Source of the DNA: Nitrosopumilaceae archaeon
GTDB lineage: Archaea; Thermoproteota; Nitrososphaeria; Nitrososphaerales; Nitrosopumilaceae
Assembly: GCA_965208905.1 (NCBI GenBank)
Contig: OZ242365.1
Location: forward strand, 2,112,001-2,176,000
Direction: 5' to 3'
DNA: 64,000 bases
Shown: one piece after another, positions 61,970 to 64,000 of the stretch
Numbering within the stretch: the stretch's first letter is position 1
Layout of the letters: the number at the start of each line of letters is the position of its first letter
Notes under the pieces: generated by a model
Databases searched by the model: none
Seen by the model: only the letters and a program-made list of their open reading frames with translations
Told to the model about the DNA's origin: nothing
Program-made: the position numbers and the translations under genes

Positions 61970-63401
61970 CTACGTTTTACATCCTGCATTGGGGTTATTT
62001 TGTGCAACAACTAACTGTCGTATCAGACCAGTCAGTGATCCTAGTATATCTTCAGGTGTATCATCCGAGTCCGAATATCTTTTTAGTAAATCTAATAGTT
62101 CGGTAGCAGACATCTCCTGTTGTTTCCTTAATGTAGATATCTCCTGACGCATACTATCTCTTTCATGTCTCATATCAGCCACATCTCTAGAAAGACGCTC
62201 TAGAGTTCTATCCACCGCAGTCTCTAATTTTTGTATATTAGACGTCATTACATGGTTGGATTGTCGTAGTCTTTCAGTCTCCTCGATTGTAAGGTCAGGT
62301 ACAACCTTGGTGTACTCTATTGCCAACTCCATCAGATTTGTCTTAAAGTAGTTCTGGTCTAATGATACAAGACCTCGATGTCCCATCATATACTCTTTTT
62401 TGATGAGAGAGGCTAGTGTTGAGTCTCCAGATGCAGCCTCTTTACATGTCTTGTTCCAAAATCGACGAAAGCCGTTCATTATAGGTACCTCGAATCTTTT
62501 GGATGTTTTAGTGCGTCGTAGTCCTGCCTTGGTGGCCATCCTGACCACACGGTCCCGAAGTATCTTTGTAGATGCGCTCCCATACGAGCCTCTCTGCACC
62601 AGAAATATCGGATCTTTTGGGTTTGGTGGCTGGCGTCTTAACTCGGCCCATGTACGACCATACACCTGCAAGGCATCAAACGCCTCGGGCGTAATGAATG
62701 CAAGATAGCTCTCAGGAGATCCCCTATACACGCGGAGTACTGCACATGCTACGCTACCATCATTATTTTCTGGGCCTAGTACAAGACTGCCATCATTGAT
62801 GCGATATATTGGTGTCAAATCTTCCCATATGAGGTTCAAACCTCCGGCACGCATGCCCGAGCTTGCCAATACCAGTACCAAGGCCCGGTCTAATGGGCCG
62901 CGTGCGTACTTTAGCATCAAAGATATCTCGTCTCTGATCCAGCCTCTGGACTCGGACATATTGTCTCTCTCTGGATAGGTGGCATAGATTCTCTTCCAGG
63001 GTATGGTCACATCATTCATGTCAAGTAACTTTTTGATTGGCTTAAAGTAGTTTCCAACCGAGTCGGGGGTTTAGATAATTAGTATGCTCTGTAGGGAGTT
63101 CTGTTCTCTCACGCAACTTCCTAGAGAGGCTCAACAGCAAGTCGCGCATCCATACGGGTTCATCCCTTCCTATATCGACCATCTGTTGTGCACGTTCTTC
63201 AAATGTGCCTTCTAATACATCTTCGAGGATCTTGCATGTGACCTGTTTGAGTACCTGTGTGTACTTATCAGCAGTCTCCTTGGACTTTATACCCTGCTTA
63301 AACAACTCCAGTGGCGAATCGTCTTCTACTCTCACTATTTCGTCTCGGGTTATCTTCACATGTAAGAATGTCAAAGAACCTATAAAAGAACAGTTAATCA
63401 T
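61970..63401 (-). pseudogene. Tyrosine recombinase/integrase, frameshifted
   Basis: Catalytic 'ASSGMR', 'NGFRRF', 'MGH', 'NY'; the two ORFs join as NYLNP|DSVGNYFKPIKKLLDMND if one base is removed from the G5 run at 63065-63069. Confidence 0.85.
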
Positions 63402-63405
63402 GTAG

Positions 63406-64000
63406 ATCTCTGAGAATCTAGGTGTCGTTCAAGAGACTGTAGCTCCAGACCCCTCTGCCACTGCAATACCATCTCTGATGAGTGAGGTGAGGGACAATGT
63501 CATTAAAGCCAGCTTTTACGCAAAGCAATTTGCCGCTACCAATAACGAGAACGCCATAAGTCTTTGGCCAAAGAATGACGACGCTTACGGCTTGGAGTAT
63601 GACTTTACCTTTAGCTGTGACAAGCCTGTCCTAGTCGATACGGTTACGGTTACGGCAGAAGGGCCACTGAAGGGTGATGACGAGCTTCCTGCTGCTGGCA
63701 GTAGTAACGCTATTAGTGCGGGGGCTTATGGTCACCCACTTCTTGTTAGAACATACGATGACGATGATACCCGTCCCACTACACCTGCCGAGGAACTAAT
63801 TCTAGATCCGGCAACAACAATCACGGTTAATGGTCGCACTATAGTAGATACTGACTTTGATACTGGTAGTAGTAATGTTGCATTTATTAAGCCAGCAGAC
63901 TTTGAGCTCATGCACCTAAATCCAGGACAGACACTGAACTTTAAGACGGAGGTAAACTTTAGAGCATATACTGACGTTGAAAGTCCAGACTTTCAGTCCG
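63406..64000 (+). pseudogene. 5'-truncated paralog of the 54245-55963 surface protein (runs off the window)
   Basis: 'ISENLGVVQETV', 'YDFTFSCDKPVLV', 'ITVNGRTIVDTDF', 'MHLNPGQTLNFK' align with 'IQSELGLVQESV', 'TDFRFVCESDVFV', 'LTVNSQTLFDTYF', 'MELKAGKTIEFK'. Confidence 0.7.

Overview
Archaeal DNA, most likely a Nitrosopumilaceae (Thaumarchaeota) genome. The gene set supports this (archaeal RNase P RNA, TtuA/Ncs6-type thiolase, TFIIB paralog, PurC, CobO); the repeat-rich secreted proteins suggest a Cenarchaeum-like host-associated lineage, which is inference. Housekeeping blocks (about 3.6-13.4 kb and 34.9-37.7 kb) alternate with heavily mobilised accessory DNA. Main observation: a 21,329-bp segment (13414-34742) is bounded by 51-bp GG-initiated terminal inverted repeats and a perfect 8-bp target-site duplication (CTTTTTTA). 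It carries one IS6-family transposase and mostly defence-type cargo: a Sir2-like protein, an HsdR_N nuclease, a TOPRIM protein, a compact QatC/QueC + 'MGT' protein + ASCH operon, a type II R-M pair and a type ISP R-M enzyme. Degenerate transposon-end modules lie between several cargo genes. The type ISP gene is interrupted by an (AGACTCC)10 tract that sits between two diverged copies of a TRD segment. A TnpB gene lies inside 28-bp TIRs with an 8-bp TSD, which is not IS200/IS605 architecture. Also present: an IS630-disrupted ~1,530-aa tandem Cache protein, IS481/ISH3/IS630 copies, an XRE-ImmA/DUF4411 pair and a frameshifted tyrosine integrase. All family calls come from reading motifs by eye; no database searches were run.
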